Assembly (NCBI RefSeq): GCF_000025685.1
Contig: NC_013967.1
Coordinates: 1,260,001 to 1,292,000 of the forward strand
Length of the DNA stretch: 32,000 bases
Source: Haloferax volcanii DS2
GTDB lineage: Archaea > Halobacteriota > Halobacteria > Halobacteriales > Haloferacaceae
Direction: 5' to 3'
Shown piece after piece: positions 7,857-17,492 of the stretch (its first letter is position 1; each line of letters starts with the position of its first letter). Made by a program: the position numbers and the translations under genes. The notes below the pieces were generated by a model. That model worked only from the letters and a program-made list of their open reading frames with translations, searched no databases and was not told the origin of the DNA.

Positions 7857-7862
7857 TTTATC
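7857..7862 (+). promoter_or_regulatory. TATA box for the amidohydrolase gene
   Basis: TTTATC, with 25 nt to ATG 7888. Confidence 0.45.
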
Positions 7863-7887
7863 ATCGCCGGGGGAAAAGAGTCCAGAC

Positions 7888-9171
7888 ATGAGCCACCGAG
7901 CGACGATGGACGACCTCGTCTCGCTTCGCCGCGACCTGCACCGCCACCCCGAACCCGCGTGGTGCGAGTTCTACACCACCGCCCGCCTCGTCGACGAACT
8001 GGAGACGCGCGACCTCGACGCGCTCTACGTCGGCCCGGAGATACTCGACGCCGACGAGCGCATGGCCGTCCCCGACGACGCCGAACTCGACGCGTGGGTC
8101 GAGCGGGCCCGCGAGGCCGGCGCGCGCGAGGACGTACTCGACCGCCTCGCCGGCGGCTACACCGGCGCGGTCGCGGTCGTCGAGCGCGGCGAGGGGCCGA
8201 CCGTCGGCCTCCGCGTCGACATCGACGCGCTCCCCATCCCCGAGTCCGAGGCCGACGACCACCTCCCGGCCGCCGAGGGCTTCCGCTCCGAGAACGAGGG
8301 CTTCATGCACGCCTGCGGCCACGACGCCCACGCGACAATCGGCCTCGGCGTCCTCGACGCCGTCATCGACTCCGACTTCGAGGGGACGTTCAAGCTGTTC
8401 TTCCAGCCGAGCGAAGAGCAGGTCGCCGGCGGCAAGGCCGTCGCCGAGGGCGGCCACCTCGACGACGTGGACTACCTGCTCGCGCTCCACGTCGGCCTCG
8501 ACCACCCGACCGGCGAGGTCGTCTGCGGCATCGACGGCTTCCTCGCGGTCTCGCACTTCCGCGCCGAGTTCACCGGCGCGCCGGCCCACGCGGGCGCGAA
8601 GCCCGAGGAGGGGAAGAACGCGAACCTCGGGGCCGCGGCGGCCACGCAGAACCTCTACGGTATCTCCCGGCACTCGGACGGCGCGACCCGCGTCAACGTC
8701 GGCCTGATGGGCGGCGGGACCGCCACGAACATCGTCGCCGAAGAGGCGTTCATCGAAGGCGAGGTGCGCGGCGCGACGACGGAGCTCATGGAGTACATGG
8801 AAGACCGCGCTCACACGGTCATCGAGTCGTCCGCCGCGATGCACGACTGCGAGGTCGAAATCAACGTCGAGGGCAAGGCCCCGAGCGCCCGCAGCGACGA
8901 CGCGCTCGCGGCCATCGTCGGCGGCGTGAGCGAGGGCGTCGAGGGCGTCACCTCGATTCTCGACCGCGACGACCTCGGCGGCAGCGAGGACGCGACCTAC
9001 CTCATGCAGCACGTCCAGGACCGCGGCGGGCTGGCGGCCTACGTCGGCGTCGGCACGGACCACCCCGGCGGCCACCACACCCGGACGTTCGACGTTGACG
9101 AGGAGACCATCCGCATCGCCGTCGACGTGCTCGCCGAAAGCGTCGACCGAATTGCGACCGAGCGTCCCTAA
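7888..9171 (+). CDS. M20-family amidohydrolase (N-acyl-amino-acid amidohydrolase/hippuricase-like)
   Basis: LRRDLHRHPEPAW near the N-terminus and the metal-binding MHACGHDAH motif are typical of M20D amidohydrolases. I take the start at ATG 7888 from the TATA spacing. The track ORF starts at 7825. Confidence 0.85.
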   Translation: MSHRATMDDLVSLRRDLHRHPEPAWCEFYTTARLVDELETRDLDALYVGPEILDADERMAVPDDAELDAWVERAREAGAREDVLDRLAGGYTGAVAVVERGEGPTVGLRVDIDALPIPESEADDHLPAAEGFRSENEGFMHACGHDAHATIGLGVLDAVIDSDFEGTFKLFFQPSEEQVAGGKAVAEGGHLDDVDYLLALHVGLDHPTGEVVCGIDGFLAVSHFRAEFTGAPAHAGAKPEEGKNANLGAAAATQNLYGISRHSDGATRVNVGLMGGGTATNIVAEEAFIEGEVRGATTELMEYMEDRAHTVIESSAAMHDCEVEINVEGKAPSARSDDALAAIVGGVSEGVEGVTSILDRDDLGGSEDATYLMQHVQDRGGLAAYVGVGTDHPGGHHTRTFDVDEETIRIAVDVLAESVDRIATERP

Positions 9172-9268
9172 GACGGTCCGAGCGCGTCGTTCGAGCCATC
9201 TCGGGCCGCGTTACTGCGTCGGAAACGGCGCACGACCGGCCGAACAGCCCGCGACGAACCGCCAGCGG

Positions 9269-9274
9269 TTATTT
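9269..9274 (+). promoter_or_regulatory. TATA-like box for histidine kinase 1
   Basis: TTATTT, with 26 nt to ATG 9301. Confidence 0.4.
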
Positions 9275-9300
9275 GTCCCCCCCGTGCATAGCCGGCAGCG

Positions 9301-10497
9301 ATGGGGTTCCTCGGCGGTGAATCGACCGAAGACACAGACCTGCGTCCGGGTCTCGCAGTCGTCGGCATCGCCGTCGGCGTCGCGGTCGTCCAGGTCGCCG
9401 TCTTCCCCCACAGCTCCGAGGTCCACTGGCTCCGGTTCGCCGTCGAACTCCTCTTGATTCCGATTCCCGTCGCCGGCGCGTTCGTCGTCGGCGGCGTCCG
9501 CCACGTGCCGGCGGTTTGGCGGCCGCTGTACGCCGGGACCGCGCTGTTCGCCGTCTACGCCGTCAGCGACGCGGTCGACGAGGTCGTCGCCCAGCCCGAG
9601 GCGGTCACGCTCGTCTTCGAGGACGGGACGCTCCTCGTCGGGTCGGTCGCGCTCGCGGTCGGCGCGGTCCGGTGGTCGACCCACCGCGACGCCCGCGAGA
9701 CGGAACTGCGCCGCCGCAACGACCGGCTCGACCAGTTCGCGTCGGTCGTCACCCACGACCTCAGGAACCCGCTGAACGTCGCCCAGATGCGACTCGAACT
9801 CGCCCGCGAGGGGCACGGAACCGAACACCTCTCGACGGTCGCTGACGCCCACGACCGGATGGAGGCGCTCATTCAGGACGTGCTCCAACTCGCCCGCGTC
9901 GGTGAGGAGGTCGGCGAGGTCGAACCCGTCAGCCTCGCCACCGTGGCCGCCGACGCGGTGACAAACACCAGTCTCGGGGCGTCCGGACTCACCGTCGAGG
10001 CCGACGCGAGGCTGCTCGCCGACCGGGGCCGGCTCACCGCCGTCTTCGAGAACCTGTTTCGGAACGCGGTCGAACACGGCTCGACGAGCCGCCGGGAGTC
10101 CCCAGACGAGACCGCGAGCCGCGACGTTCCGACCGAGACCCCGTCTCCCGCCGCCGACAAGAGCGCAGCCGACGCGAGCGGCCGCCGGGCGAGAGCCGAC
10201 GCCGACGGGGGGACGCCGGGCGTCAACGTCCGCGTCGGCCCGCTCGAAGACGGCTTTTTCGTCGAGGACGACGGCCCCGGCATCCCGCCGGAAGAACAAG
10301 ACCGCATCTTCGAGTCGGGATACAGCACCGACTCGCGGGGGACCGGTCTCGGTCTCGCCATCGTCGCCGGCGTCGCCGACGCTCACGGCTGGGAGGTGAC
10401 GGCGACGACCGGCAAAAACGGGGGCGCGCGGTTCGAGTTCCGGGGCGTCTCGTTCGCGGCGGAGTCCGAGGTCAGTACTTCGGGTCCGCGCCCGTGA
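9301..10497 (+). CDS. membrane-bound sensor histidine kinase (orphan)
   Basis: About four N-terminal hydrophobic helices. H-box FASVVTHDLRNPLN, N-box FENLFRNAVEHG, G1 VEDDGPGIP, G2 GTGLGLAIV. No response regulator is adjacent. Confidence 0.85.
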   Translation: MGFLGGESTEDTDLRPGLAVVGIAVGVAVVQVAVFPHSSEVHWLRFAVELLLIPIPVAGAFVVGGVRHVPAVWRPLYAGTALFAVYAVSDAVDEVVAQPEAVTLVFEDGTLLVGSVALAVGAVRWSTHRDARETELRRRNDRLDQFASVVTHDLRNPLNVAQMRLELAREGHGTEHLSTVADAHDRMEALIQDVLQLARVGEEVGEVEPVSLATVAADAVTNTSLGASGLTVEADARLLADRGRLTAVFENLFRNAVEHGSTSRRESPDETASRDVPTETPSPAADKSAADASGRRARADADGGTPGVNVRVGPLEDGFFVEDDGPGIPPEEQDRIFESGYSTDSRGTGLGLAIVAGVADAHGWEVTATTGKNGGARFEFRGVSFAAESEVSTSGPRP

Positions 10498-11887
10498 GTT
10501 CGTAAATGTCGTCCATGATGCGGTCCCGCTCGACTTGCCACCCTTCGAGGGCGCTCGGCCGGCTCGGGTAGCGGCCGTAGTGGGCCAACAGTTCGTCGGC
10601 CAGACGCTTGATTTTGAAGAACTCGTAAATCCGGCTCCAGTGACCGTAGCTCGACGCCGCGGTCTGCGCGAGGAGGACCGGGCCGAACGAGGTCGTCCCG
10701 GAGTAGAGCGCCTCGGCCAGTTTCTCGCCGGGGATGGAGGCGATGAGACCCATCAGGTCGTCCACGTCGACGGCGGTCGAGAGGATGTTGTACACGTCGA
10801 GGCTGGCGTAGCGACCGCCGAAGTGGTCCATGACGCGCTGGTTGTAGCGCCACAGCAGCTCCTCGCTCACGTCGCCCGCGTCGAGCGCGATAGCGGCCTG
10901 CTCGCCGGCGTACTTGCCGGCGTAGGCCGCGCCGGCGATGCCGCCGCCGGTCGTCGGGTTGACGTGGGCCGCGGCGTCGCCGACGGCCATGTAGCCCGGC
11001 GCGGTCGCAGAATCGTAGGGGCGGCGGGTCGGGAGGGCGGCACCGAGCTTGTCGATGACCTCCGCGCCCTCGAACTCGGGGCGCTCCCGGAGGTCCCTCT
11101 TCAGGTCGTCGACGAGCTTCATCGGCTCTTCGGTCATCTGGAAGCCGAGACCGGCGTTGATTTCGGTCTCGGTCCGCGGGAAGTACCAGACGTAGCCCGC
11201 GGCGACCTCGGCGGGTTTGAACACGAGCGCGTCCGACCACTCGACGGGCTCGGGGACCTCGACGACCTCGCGGTACGCCGACGAGAAGTGCTGGTAGGAG
11301 ACGTTCGTGTCGAAGGTGGCGTCGGAGAAGTCCACCTTGTCCTGGAGGAGCGACAGCGAGCCCGCGCCGTCGATGACGATGTCGGCGTCGTACTCGACGA
11401 CCTCGCCGTCGTGCTTGGCGACGATGCCGGTGACGGTGCCGTCGTCGTCCTGTTTCACGTCCTGGACGACCGTGTCGTAGTGGAGGTCAGCACCGGCTTC
11501 CTCCGCGCCCTCGATGATGAGCCGGCCGTACTCCCAGCGGTCGATGACGGCGAGTTCGCCGGGGACCGGGATGTCGAGGACGGTGTCCTCCTGCGGAATC
11601 TCGAAGCGGCCGTGGTCGACCTCGGTGTTGGTGAACGCCGGCTCGATTTTCGACTTCGGAATCGCCTCGGGGAAGGCGTCTGCGCCCTTCAGGGCGTCGC
11701 CGCAGGCGATGTGGCCCGCTTCCTCCTCGGGCTTTCGCTCGACGATGGTCACGTCGTAGCCCGCGTTTGCGATGGTGGCGGCGGCGTAACAGCCGGAGGT
11801 TCCCGCGCCGACGACCACCACGTCCACGGACTGGGTCCGTGGGCTCGCCGAGGAGTCCTCGGCGGTGTCGTTCTCGTCTGTGGACAT
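10472..11887 (-). CDS. geranylgeranyl reductase family flavoprotein (digeranylgeranylglycerophospholipid reductase-like)
   Basis: FAD-binding DVVVVGAGTSGCYAA, the GDAAAHVNPTTGGGI motif and a length and layout typical of archaeal GGR. A Shine-Dalgarno-like GGAGGTGA lies 5 nt upstream of the ATG. Confidence 0.8.
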   Translation of the reverse strand: MSTDENDTAEDSSASPRTQSVDVVVVGAGTSGCYAAATIANAGYDVTIVERKPEEEAGHIACGDALKGADAFPEAIPKSKIEPAFTNTEVDHGRFEIPQEDTVLDIPVPGELAVIDRWEYGRLIIEGAEEAGADLHYDTVVQDVKQDDDGTVTGIVAKHDGEVVEYDADIVIDGAGSLSLLQDKVDFSDATFDTNVSYQHFSSAYREVVEVPEPVEWSDALVFKPAEVAAGYVWYFPRTETEINAGLGFQMTEEPMKLVDDLKRDLRERPEFEGAEVIDKLGAALPTRRPYDSATAPGYMAVGDAAAHVNPTTGGGIAGAAYAGKYAGEQAAIALDAGDVSEELLWRYNQRVMDHFGGRYASLDVYNILSTAVDVDDLMGLIASIPGEKLAEALYSGTTSFGPVLLAQTAASSYGHWSRIYEFFKIKRLADELLAHYGRYPSRPSALEGWQVERDRIMDDIYELTGADPKY

Positions 11888-12026
11888 GGTATCACCTCCA
11901 TATCGCGGGCTGAAAACTCTTTACTCCCGCACCGACCGCGCGCGGCGAGTCCGAGGGCGGCGACCGCGACGAGACGCGGCGCTCGACGGGGGTTGAAAAC
12001 GGAGAATCCGAGAGGTCGAGCGTCGC

Positions 12027-13130
12027 TCAGCGGTTGTCGTCGCCGGTGTCGTAGTGTTCGCCCGACGCGGCCGGGATGCGGGTGCGGCCGACGAGCGCGA
12101 GGACGACGAGCACCGTCACGTACGGAACCGTCTGGATGAGCGAGTCGGGAACGCCGTAGCCGGGCACCTGCTGGAGGCGAATCTGGGCGGCCTCCAGCCC
12201 CGCGAAGAGGAACGACGCGCCGAACGCGCCGACGGGGTTGTAGTTCCCGAAGAGGAACGCCACGATGGCGATGAAGCCCTTCCCGTTGACCATCGTCTGG
12301 TTGTTGCCGACGAACTGGCCGAGGCCGAGCGACAGCGCGGAGCCGCCGATGCCGGCGAGGAAGCCCGACAGGAGCACGCCCGCGTAGCGGACGCGGCTCA
12401 CGTCGACGCCGACGGTGTCGAGCGCCTTCGGGTTCTCGCCGGACGCGCGGACGTGGCGGCCGAACGCCGTGCGGTTCAGGACGTACCACGACGCCGGGAC
12501 CGCGACGAGCATCATGTACACCGCGGGGTCGGCGTCGAAGAACGCGCCGAAAAACGGGATGTCCGAGAGGACGGGAATCGTCCACGTCCCGAGTGTCGTC
12601 CCGAGGTTGTCGGTGTTGACGCCGCCGTAGTAGACGGTCGCCGCGAACGGCGCGAGGCCGAGCGCGATGAGCCAGACGGCGAGGCCGGCGATGATTTGGT
12701 CGGCCTTGAAGCGGATGCAGACCACGGCGAACAGCGCCGAGAACAGCACCGACGAGAGGATGCCGGCGAAGAAGCCAATCCAGATGGCCGGGAGGCCGAC
12801 GACGGTCATCTCGGGGCCGACGATGGCCGTCGTGATGACCGCGGTGAACGCCGAGATGATGAGCAGTCCCTCGAGTCCGATGTTCACCACGCCGGCCTTC
12901 TCGGAGAAGATACCGCCGAGCGCGGCGAACGTGATGGGCACCGAGAGCCGCAGCGCCGACGAGAGCGTGCTCCGACTCGTGAGGATGGCGAGGAAGTTAC
13001 CCCAGATACTGCTCGGGAACGCGAGGCCGAGCAGCGCGATGAGCAGGAAGACGCTCACCGCGCCGCCGACGAGGGTCGCTCTGTAAGACAGTTCGGTGTC
13101 GCGGAGTCGGTCGATGGTGGTCGTGCTCAT
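12027..13130 (-). CDS. ABC transporter permease (BMP/nucleoside-type importer, second permease)
   Basis: 367 aa and polytopic. Its start overlaps the stop of the upstream permease by 4 nt (13127-13130). It belongs to the four-gene BMP cluster. Confidence 0.85.
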   Translation of the reverse strand: MSTTTIDRLRDTELSYRATLVGGAVSVFLLIALLGLAFPSSIWGNFLAILTSRSTLSSALRLSVPITFAALGGIFSEKAGVVNIGLEGLLIISAFTAVITTAIVGPEMTVVGLPAIWIGFFAGILSSVLFSALFAVVCIRFKADQIIAGLAVWLIALGLAPFAATVYYGGVNTDNLGTTLGTWTIPVLSDIPFFGAFFDADPAVYMMLVAVPASWYVLNRTAFGRHVRASGENPKALDTVGVDVSRVRYAGVLLSGFLAGIGGSALSLGLGQFVGNNQTMVNGKGFIAIVAFLFGNYNPVGAFGASFLFAGLEAAQIRLQQVPGYGVPDSLIQTVPYVTVLVVLALVGRTRIPAASGEHYDTGDDNR

Positions 13131-14395
13131 TCGTCGTCACCTCCGAGGCGGCCGCCGTCCGTGGCCACGGTCTCGCGGTCCGGTTCGAGGTCGATGGCGG
13201 AGCCGAGCATGCGGAAGAACTCGGGCATCGCGACGAACAGGATGATGAGCCCGCGGAGGACGCCGACGAGCTGTTTCGGGACGCCGGTCCCGAACTGGAC
13301 CGCGAGGGAGCCGGACTTGAGCGTCCCGAACAGGAGCGCCGCCGGGACGACGCCGAACGGGTTGTTCCCCGCGAGGATGGAGACGGTGATGCCGTCGAAC
13401 CCGAGCGAGGGGACGCCGGCCTGCCACTTGCCCATGACCATGAGCACCCAGATAGCGCCGCCCATCCCGCCGAGCGCGCCCGAGAGGAACATGCTCGTGA
13501 CGGTCGTCCGCTTGGCGTCGACGCCGCCGTACTCGGCGGCCTCGGGCTGTTCGCCGCTCGTCCGGAGGTCGTACCCGAACGAGGTCTGTTCGAGCAGGAA
13601 CCAGACGGCGACGACGAGCGCGAGGCCGAACGCGAGCGCGAGAAGCGAGAAGTCGCCGCCCTGCGGGAACGCCACCGGGAGGAGCGTCGCCCAGTCGGGA
13701 AGCGGCGTCGTCTCGACGACCTGCGAGTCGGGGTTGCCGAAGAACTCGCTGACGAGGACGAACGCGATTTGCGCCGCGATGAAGTTCAGCATGATGGTCG
13801 TGATGACCTCGTTGGCGTCGGCGTACGCCTTGAGCGCGCCCGGAATCGCCCCGTAGAGACCGCCGACGAGCGCGCCGACGATGACCGCGAGCGGAATCAG
13901 GATGAGGCCGCCGACGAGCCCGGACGGGAGCAGCGGCGCGACGAAGAACGAAAACAGCGCCGTGGCGAGGCCGCCGAGGACGAGCTGTCCCTGCGTCCCG
14001 ATGTTGAACAGGCCCGCGCGGAAGGAGACGGCGACCGAGAGGCCGGTGAAGATGAGGAGCGTCGTCTCCTTGAGTGTGAGCGCGAACCCGAAGTTCAGCG
14101 GGTTCCAGTCGGGGTTGAGCGGTTTGAGAACTCCCGGGCTGTTCACGAGGAACGGCTCGCCGAGCGCCCCGTTGAACAGCACGAGATACACTTCGACGGG
14201 GTCGTAACAGAACCCGGTTCCGAACAGCGTCGTCGCCGCGGTCTGGCACGTCGTGACGCGGCCGGAGACGAGGATGATGCCAGCGCCGATGACCACGGCC
14301 ATGACGAGCGCGGCGAAGCTGATGAGGATGCGCTCCGTCGCGGAGGCGGCCGTCAGCCGCCGGAGGACGGATTTCGCCGTTTCGGCCGCGCTCAT
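13127..14395 (-). CDS. ABC transporter permease (BMP/nucleoside-type importer, first permease)
   Basis: 422 aa and polytopic. Its start overlaps the ATPase stop by 4 nt (14392-14395). Confidence 0.85.
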   Translation of the reverse strand: MSAAETAKSVLRRLTAASATERILISFAALVMAVVIGAGIILVSGRVTTCQTAATTLFGTGFCYDPVEVYLVLFNGALGEPFLVNSPGVLKPLNPDWNPLNFGFALTLKETTLLIFTGLSVAVSFRAGLFNIGTQGQLVLGGLATALFSFFVAPLLPSGLVGGLILIPLAVIVGALVGGLYGAIPGALKAYADANEVITTIMLNFIAAQIAFVLVSEFFGNPDSQVVETTPLPDWATLLPVAFPQGGDFSLLALAFGLALVVAVWFLLEQTSFGYDLRTSGEQPEAAEYGGVDAKRTTVTSMFLSGALGGMGGAIWVLMVMGKWQAGVPSLGFDGITVSILAGNNPFGVVPAALLFGTLKSGSLAVQFGTGVPKQLVGVLRGLIILFVAMPEFFRMLGSAIDLEPDRETVATDGGRLGGDDE

Positions 14396-15951
14396 TTGGC
14401 GTCACCCACGGGCGGTTCCGCATCGGTCGCGCCGGCGTCGGGGCGTTCGCCGGCCATGAGCAGGCCAATCTCTTCTTCGGTGGTGTTGCGTGGGTCTACG
14501 ATGTCCATGAGTTCGCCGTCGTGCATGACGCCGAGGCGGTCCGAGAGGCCCTGTACCTCGTCGAGCTTCGAGGAGATGAGGAGAATCGCCTTCCCCTCCG
14601 CTCGGAGGTCCAAGAGCCGCTCGTGGATGAACTCCATCGCGCCGATGTCCACGCCGCGGGTCGGGTGGGTGGCGACGACGAAGTCCGGGTCGCGTTCGAA
14701 CTCGCGGCCGACGATGAACTTCTGTTGGTTGCCGCCGGAGAAGGACTCGGCGTCGGCGTCGGCGTGCGGCGGTCGAACGTCGTACTCGTCGATGATTCGC
14801 TCGGTGTGCTCGCGCGCGTCGGACCAGTGTATTCGGCCGGCGGCGGCGAACGGCGGGCTGTGCTGGCTGCCGAGGATACCGTTTTGGACGAGGTCGAAGT
14901 CCATCACGAGCCCGCGTTCGTGGCGGTCCTCGGGGACGTACGCCATCCCGTCGTCGATGCGGGACCGACGCGAGGCGTCGGTGATGTCCCGGCCCTTGTA
15001 GGAAATCGAGCCCTCGGTCGGCGTCCGCAGACCGGTGATGGCCTCGACCAACTGCGACTGGCCGTTGCCGTCGACGCCCGCGATGCCGAACACCTCGCCC
15101 TCGCGGATATCGAACGACACGTCCGAGACGGCGGGCACGCCGCGGTTGTCCGTGGCCGAGAGCCGCTGCACCGAGAGCACCTCGTCGCCCGGCTCCTGCG
15201 GTTCGGCCTTCGGTTCGAGGAGGACTTCGCGGCCGACCATCAGTTCGGCGAGTTCCTCGTTCGACGTTTCGTCGGCCTTCACGGTGCCGACGTTCTTCCC
15301 GTTTCGGAGGACGGTGATGTCGTCGGCGGCGTGCATGGCCTCACCGAGCTTGTGGCTGATGAAGATAATCGTCTTGCCCTGTGCGGTCAGCTCCTCGAAG
15401 ACGCGGAACAGCTCTTCGACCTCCTGCGGGGTGAGGACCGCGGTGGGCTCGTCCAGAATGAGGATGTCGGCCCCGCGATAGAGTGCTTTCAAGATTTCGA
15501 CGCGCTGTTGAACGCCGACGCTCACGTCCTCGATGGCGTCGTCGGGGTTCACGTCGAATCCGTATCGGTTCGAGAGGTCGATGACCTCTTGGCGCGCACG
15601 CTCCCGGTCGACGGTCGTGCCGAACCACTTGCGCGGTTCGTTGCCGAGGACGATGTTCTCGGCGACCGTCATGGGGTCGACCAGCATGAAGTGCTGGTGA
15701 ATCATACCGATTCCGGCGTCGATTGCGTCCGCGGGCGAATCGAAGTCCCGCGGTTTTCCGTCCACGTGGACGGTCCCCTCCGTGGGTTCGTAGAGCCCGT
15801 AGAGGATGTTCATCAACGTCGTCTTGCCGGCCCCGTTTTCTCCCAGAAGTGCGTGCACCGTGCCGCGCTCGACGGTCAGGTCCACGTCGTCGTTCGCCAC
15901 GACGCCGGGGAACCGTTTTGTGATTTCGTCGAGATGAACAGCGGTGCTCAT
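14392..15951 (-). CDS. ABC transporter ATP-binding protein, duplicated ATPase domains
   Basis: Two Walker A-like sites (GENGAGKTT, GVDGNGQS) and two signature-like motifs (LSVGVQQRVEI, FSGGNQQKFIV). I take the start at ATG 15951 (MSTAVHLDEITKRF) from the TATA spacing. The track ORF extends to 16059. Confidence 0.9.
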   Translation of the reverse strand: MSTAVHLDEITKRFPGVVANDDVDLTVERGTVHALLGENGAGKTTLMNILYGLYEPTEGTVHVDGKPRDFDSPADAIDAGIGMIHQHFMLVDPMTVAENIVLGNEPRKWFGTTVDRERARQEVIDLSNRYGFDVNPDDAIEDVSVGVQQRVEILKALYRGADILILDEPTAVLTPQEVEELFRVFEELTAQGKTIIFISHKLGEAMHAADDITVLRNGKNVGTVKADETSNEELAELMVGREVLLEPKAEPQEPGDEVLSVQRLSATDNRGVPAVSDVSFDIREGEVFGIAGVDGNGQSQLVEAITGLRTPTEGSISYKGRDITDASRRSRIDDGMAYVPEDRHERGLVMDFDLVQNGILGSQHSPPFAAAGRIHWSDAREHTERIIDEYDVRPPHADADAESFSGGNQQKFIVGREFERDPDFVVATHPTRGVDIGAMEFIHERLLDLRAEGKAILLISSKLDEVQGLSDRLGVMHDGELMDIVDPRNTTEEEIGLLMAGERPDAGATDAEPPVGDAK

Positions 15952-15976
15952 CTTGAGCCTTTTTTCGGGGGGTTCG

Positions 15977-15982
15977 CTTAAA
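15977..15982 (-). promoter_or_regulatory. TATA box for the ABC ATPase-permease unit
   Basis: The - strand reads TTTAAG, with 25 nt to ATG 15951. Confidence 0.45.
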
Positions 15983-16147
15983 CTCGTGGGATTCGACTCG
16001 ACGCGGGAGTGGTCCACACGGAGTGTTGCGGCGGTTCTCGGGGAGTTCGAACCGTTCAACCCGCGAGCATATTCGACCGACTGCGGTGTGAAAGCGGCAA
16101 CATTGACCTCGAGGTTCGGGACCCCTGTCGCTCGGCGCGCGGCGTCG

Positions 16148-16153
16148 AAAAAA
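16148..16153 (-). terminator. oligo-T (T6) terminator after the substrate-binding protein gene
   Basis: T6 on the - strand, about 21 nt past the stop at 16175-16177. Confidence 0.45.
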
Positions 16154-16174
16154 CTGCGTGTGTCGAGCGTGGCG

Positions 16175-17308
16175 TTACTCGGTCGTCGTCGGAATCTCGA
16201 TGTCGCCGGCGATGATGGCTTCGCGGGACTCCGAGAGCGAATCCTTCACGTCCTGCGGAATCTCGGACCCGAGTTCCGCGCCGTAGACGGCGGCGACGCC
16301 GTCCTCTTCGAGGCCGAGCGTCGTGGTGGAACCGCCGTTGAACTCGTCGTTGATGACGTTCTCAACGGAGGTGTACACCGCAGACTCGACGCGCTTGACC
16401 ATCGAGGCGAGAATGACGTCGGCGTAGTTCGGTTCGGTCTGCGACTGGTCGGAGTCGACGCCGATGGCGAACTTGCCCTGTTCTTTGGCCGCCTGGAAGA
16501 CGCCGAGGCCGCTGCCGCCGGCCGCGTGGTAGACGACGTCAGCGCCGTTGTCGTACATCGAGGTGGCGATTTCCTTGCCCTTCGCGGAGTCGGAGAACGA
16601 CCCGACGTAGGCCACGTCCACGGATATCTCCTCGTCCGCGTGCGCCACGCCGGCCTCGTAGCCGGCCTGGAACTTGCGGATGAGCTCGGTCTCGGTGCCG
16701 CCGACGAAGCCGACGCTCTTCGAGTCGGCCGTCGTCGAGCCGGAGCCAGCGGAGAACTCCTGGGTCGTGATGAGGCCGGCGAGGTAGCCGACCTGGAACG
16801 AGCCCTGCTCCTCGCGGAACAGGTAGCTCGCCACGTTGTCCTCGTCGACCACGTCGTCGACGATCATGAACTTCTGGTCCGAGAAACTCGGCGCGGTTTC
16901 GGAGAGCGCGGACTTCTGCGCGTAGCCGATACACGACACGAGGTCGTAGTCCGGGCTCGACGACTGCGCGAACCGGCGCTGGAACTGCGGGAACTCCTCC
17001 GCCGCCGAGGGCTGGACCTCGTCGTAGGCGATGCCGAGTTCCGATTCCGCCTGCTCGATGCCGCGCTTCGCGGCGTCGTTGAACGACTTGTCACCGAGAC
17101 CGCCGAGCGCGTAGACCATGCCGACGTTGGCCGACGGACCGGACTCCTCGGTCGTCTGCTCGGCCGTCGTGGTCTCATCGCCGCCGGACGACTCGGTCGT
17201 CGTCGCCGCCGTCGTGTCTTCGCTCCCCTCGGACGGTCCGCCCGTACAACCTGCGAGGCCAGCGATACCCGCGACCCCTGCCGCTTTGACAAAAGAACGT
17301 CTGTCCAT
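16175..17308 (-). CDS. BMP-family ABC transporter substrate-binding lipoprotein (Tat signal)
   Basis: MDRRSFVKAAGVAGIAGLAGC gives a twin-arginine signal plus a lipobox Cys. A Thr/Ser/Glu linker follows, then a periplasmic-binding-protein fold of the Bmp/PnrA type (GDKSFND, FVGG...I..F..G). Confidence 0.9.
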   Translation of the reverse strand: MDRRSFVKAAGVAGIAGLAGCTGGPSEGSEDTTAATTTESSGGDETTTAEQTTEESGPSANVGMVYALGGLGDKSFNDAAKRGIEQAESELGIAYDEVQPSAAEEFPQFQRRFAQSSSPDYDLVSCIGYAQKSALSETAPSFSDQKFMIVDDVVDEDNVASYLFREEQGSFQVGYLAGLITTQEFSAGSGSTTADSKSVGFVGGTETELIRKFQAGYEAGVAHADEEISVDVAYVGSFSDSAKGKEIATSMYDNGADVVYHAAGGSGLGVFQAAKEQGKFAIGVDSDQSQTEPNYADVILASMVKRVESAVYTSVENVINDEFNGGSTTTLGLEEDGVAAVYGAELGSEIPQDVKDSLSESREAIIAGDIEIPTTTE

Positions 17309-17492
17309 ATCTATGAACTCCTATTGAGACAGGGGCCGCGAAAATTGCATAAAGGTGTCGTTTCGCGGTTTCAGCGGCGTCGCATCACCACGTTTGCAAA
17401 TCGCCGAGAACGGGTCCGCGGTTCACGTCCGCGGGCGTCGTGTTCGCGTCTCGCCGGGTCGCGCGTCCGGACCGATTCCCCCGGAGCCCCGC

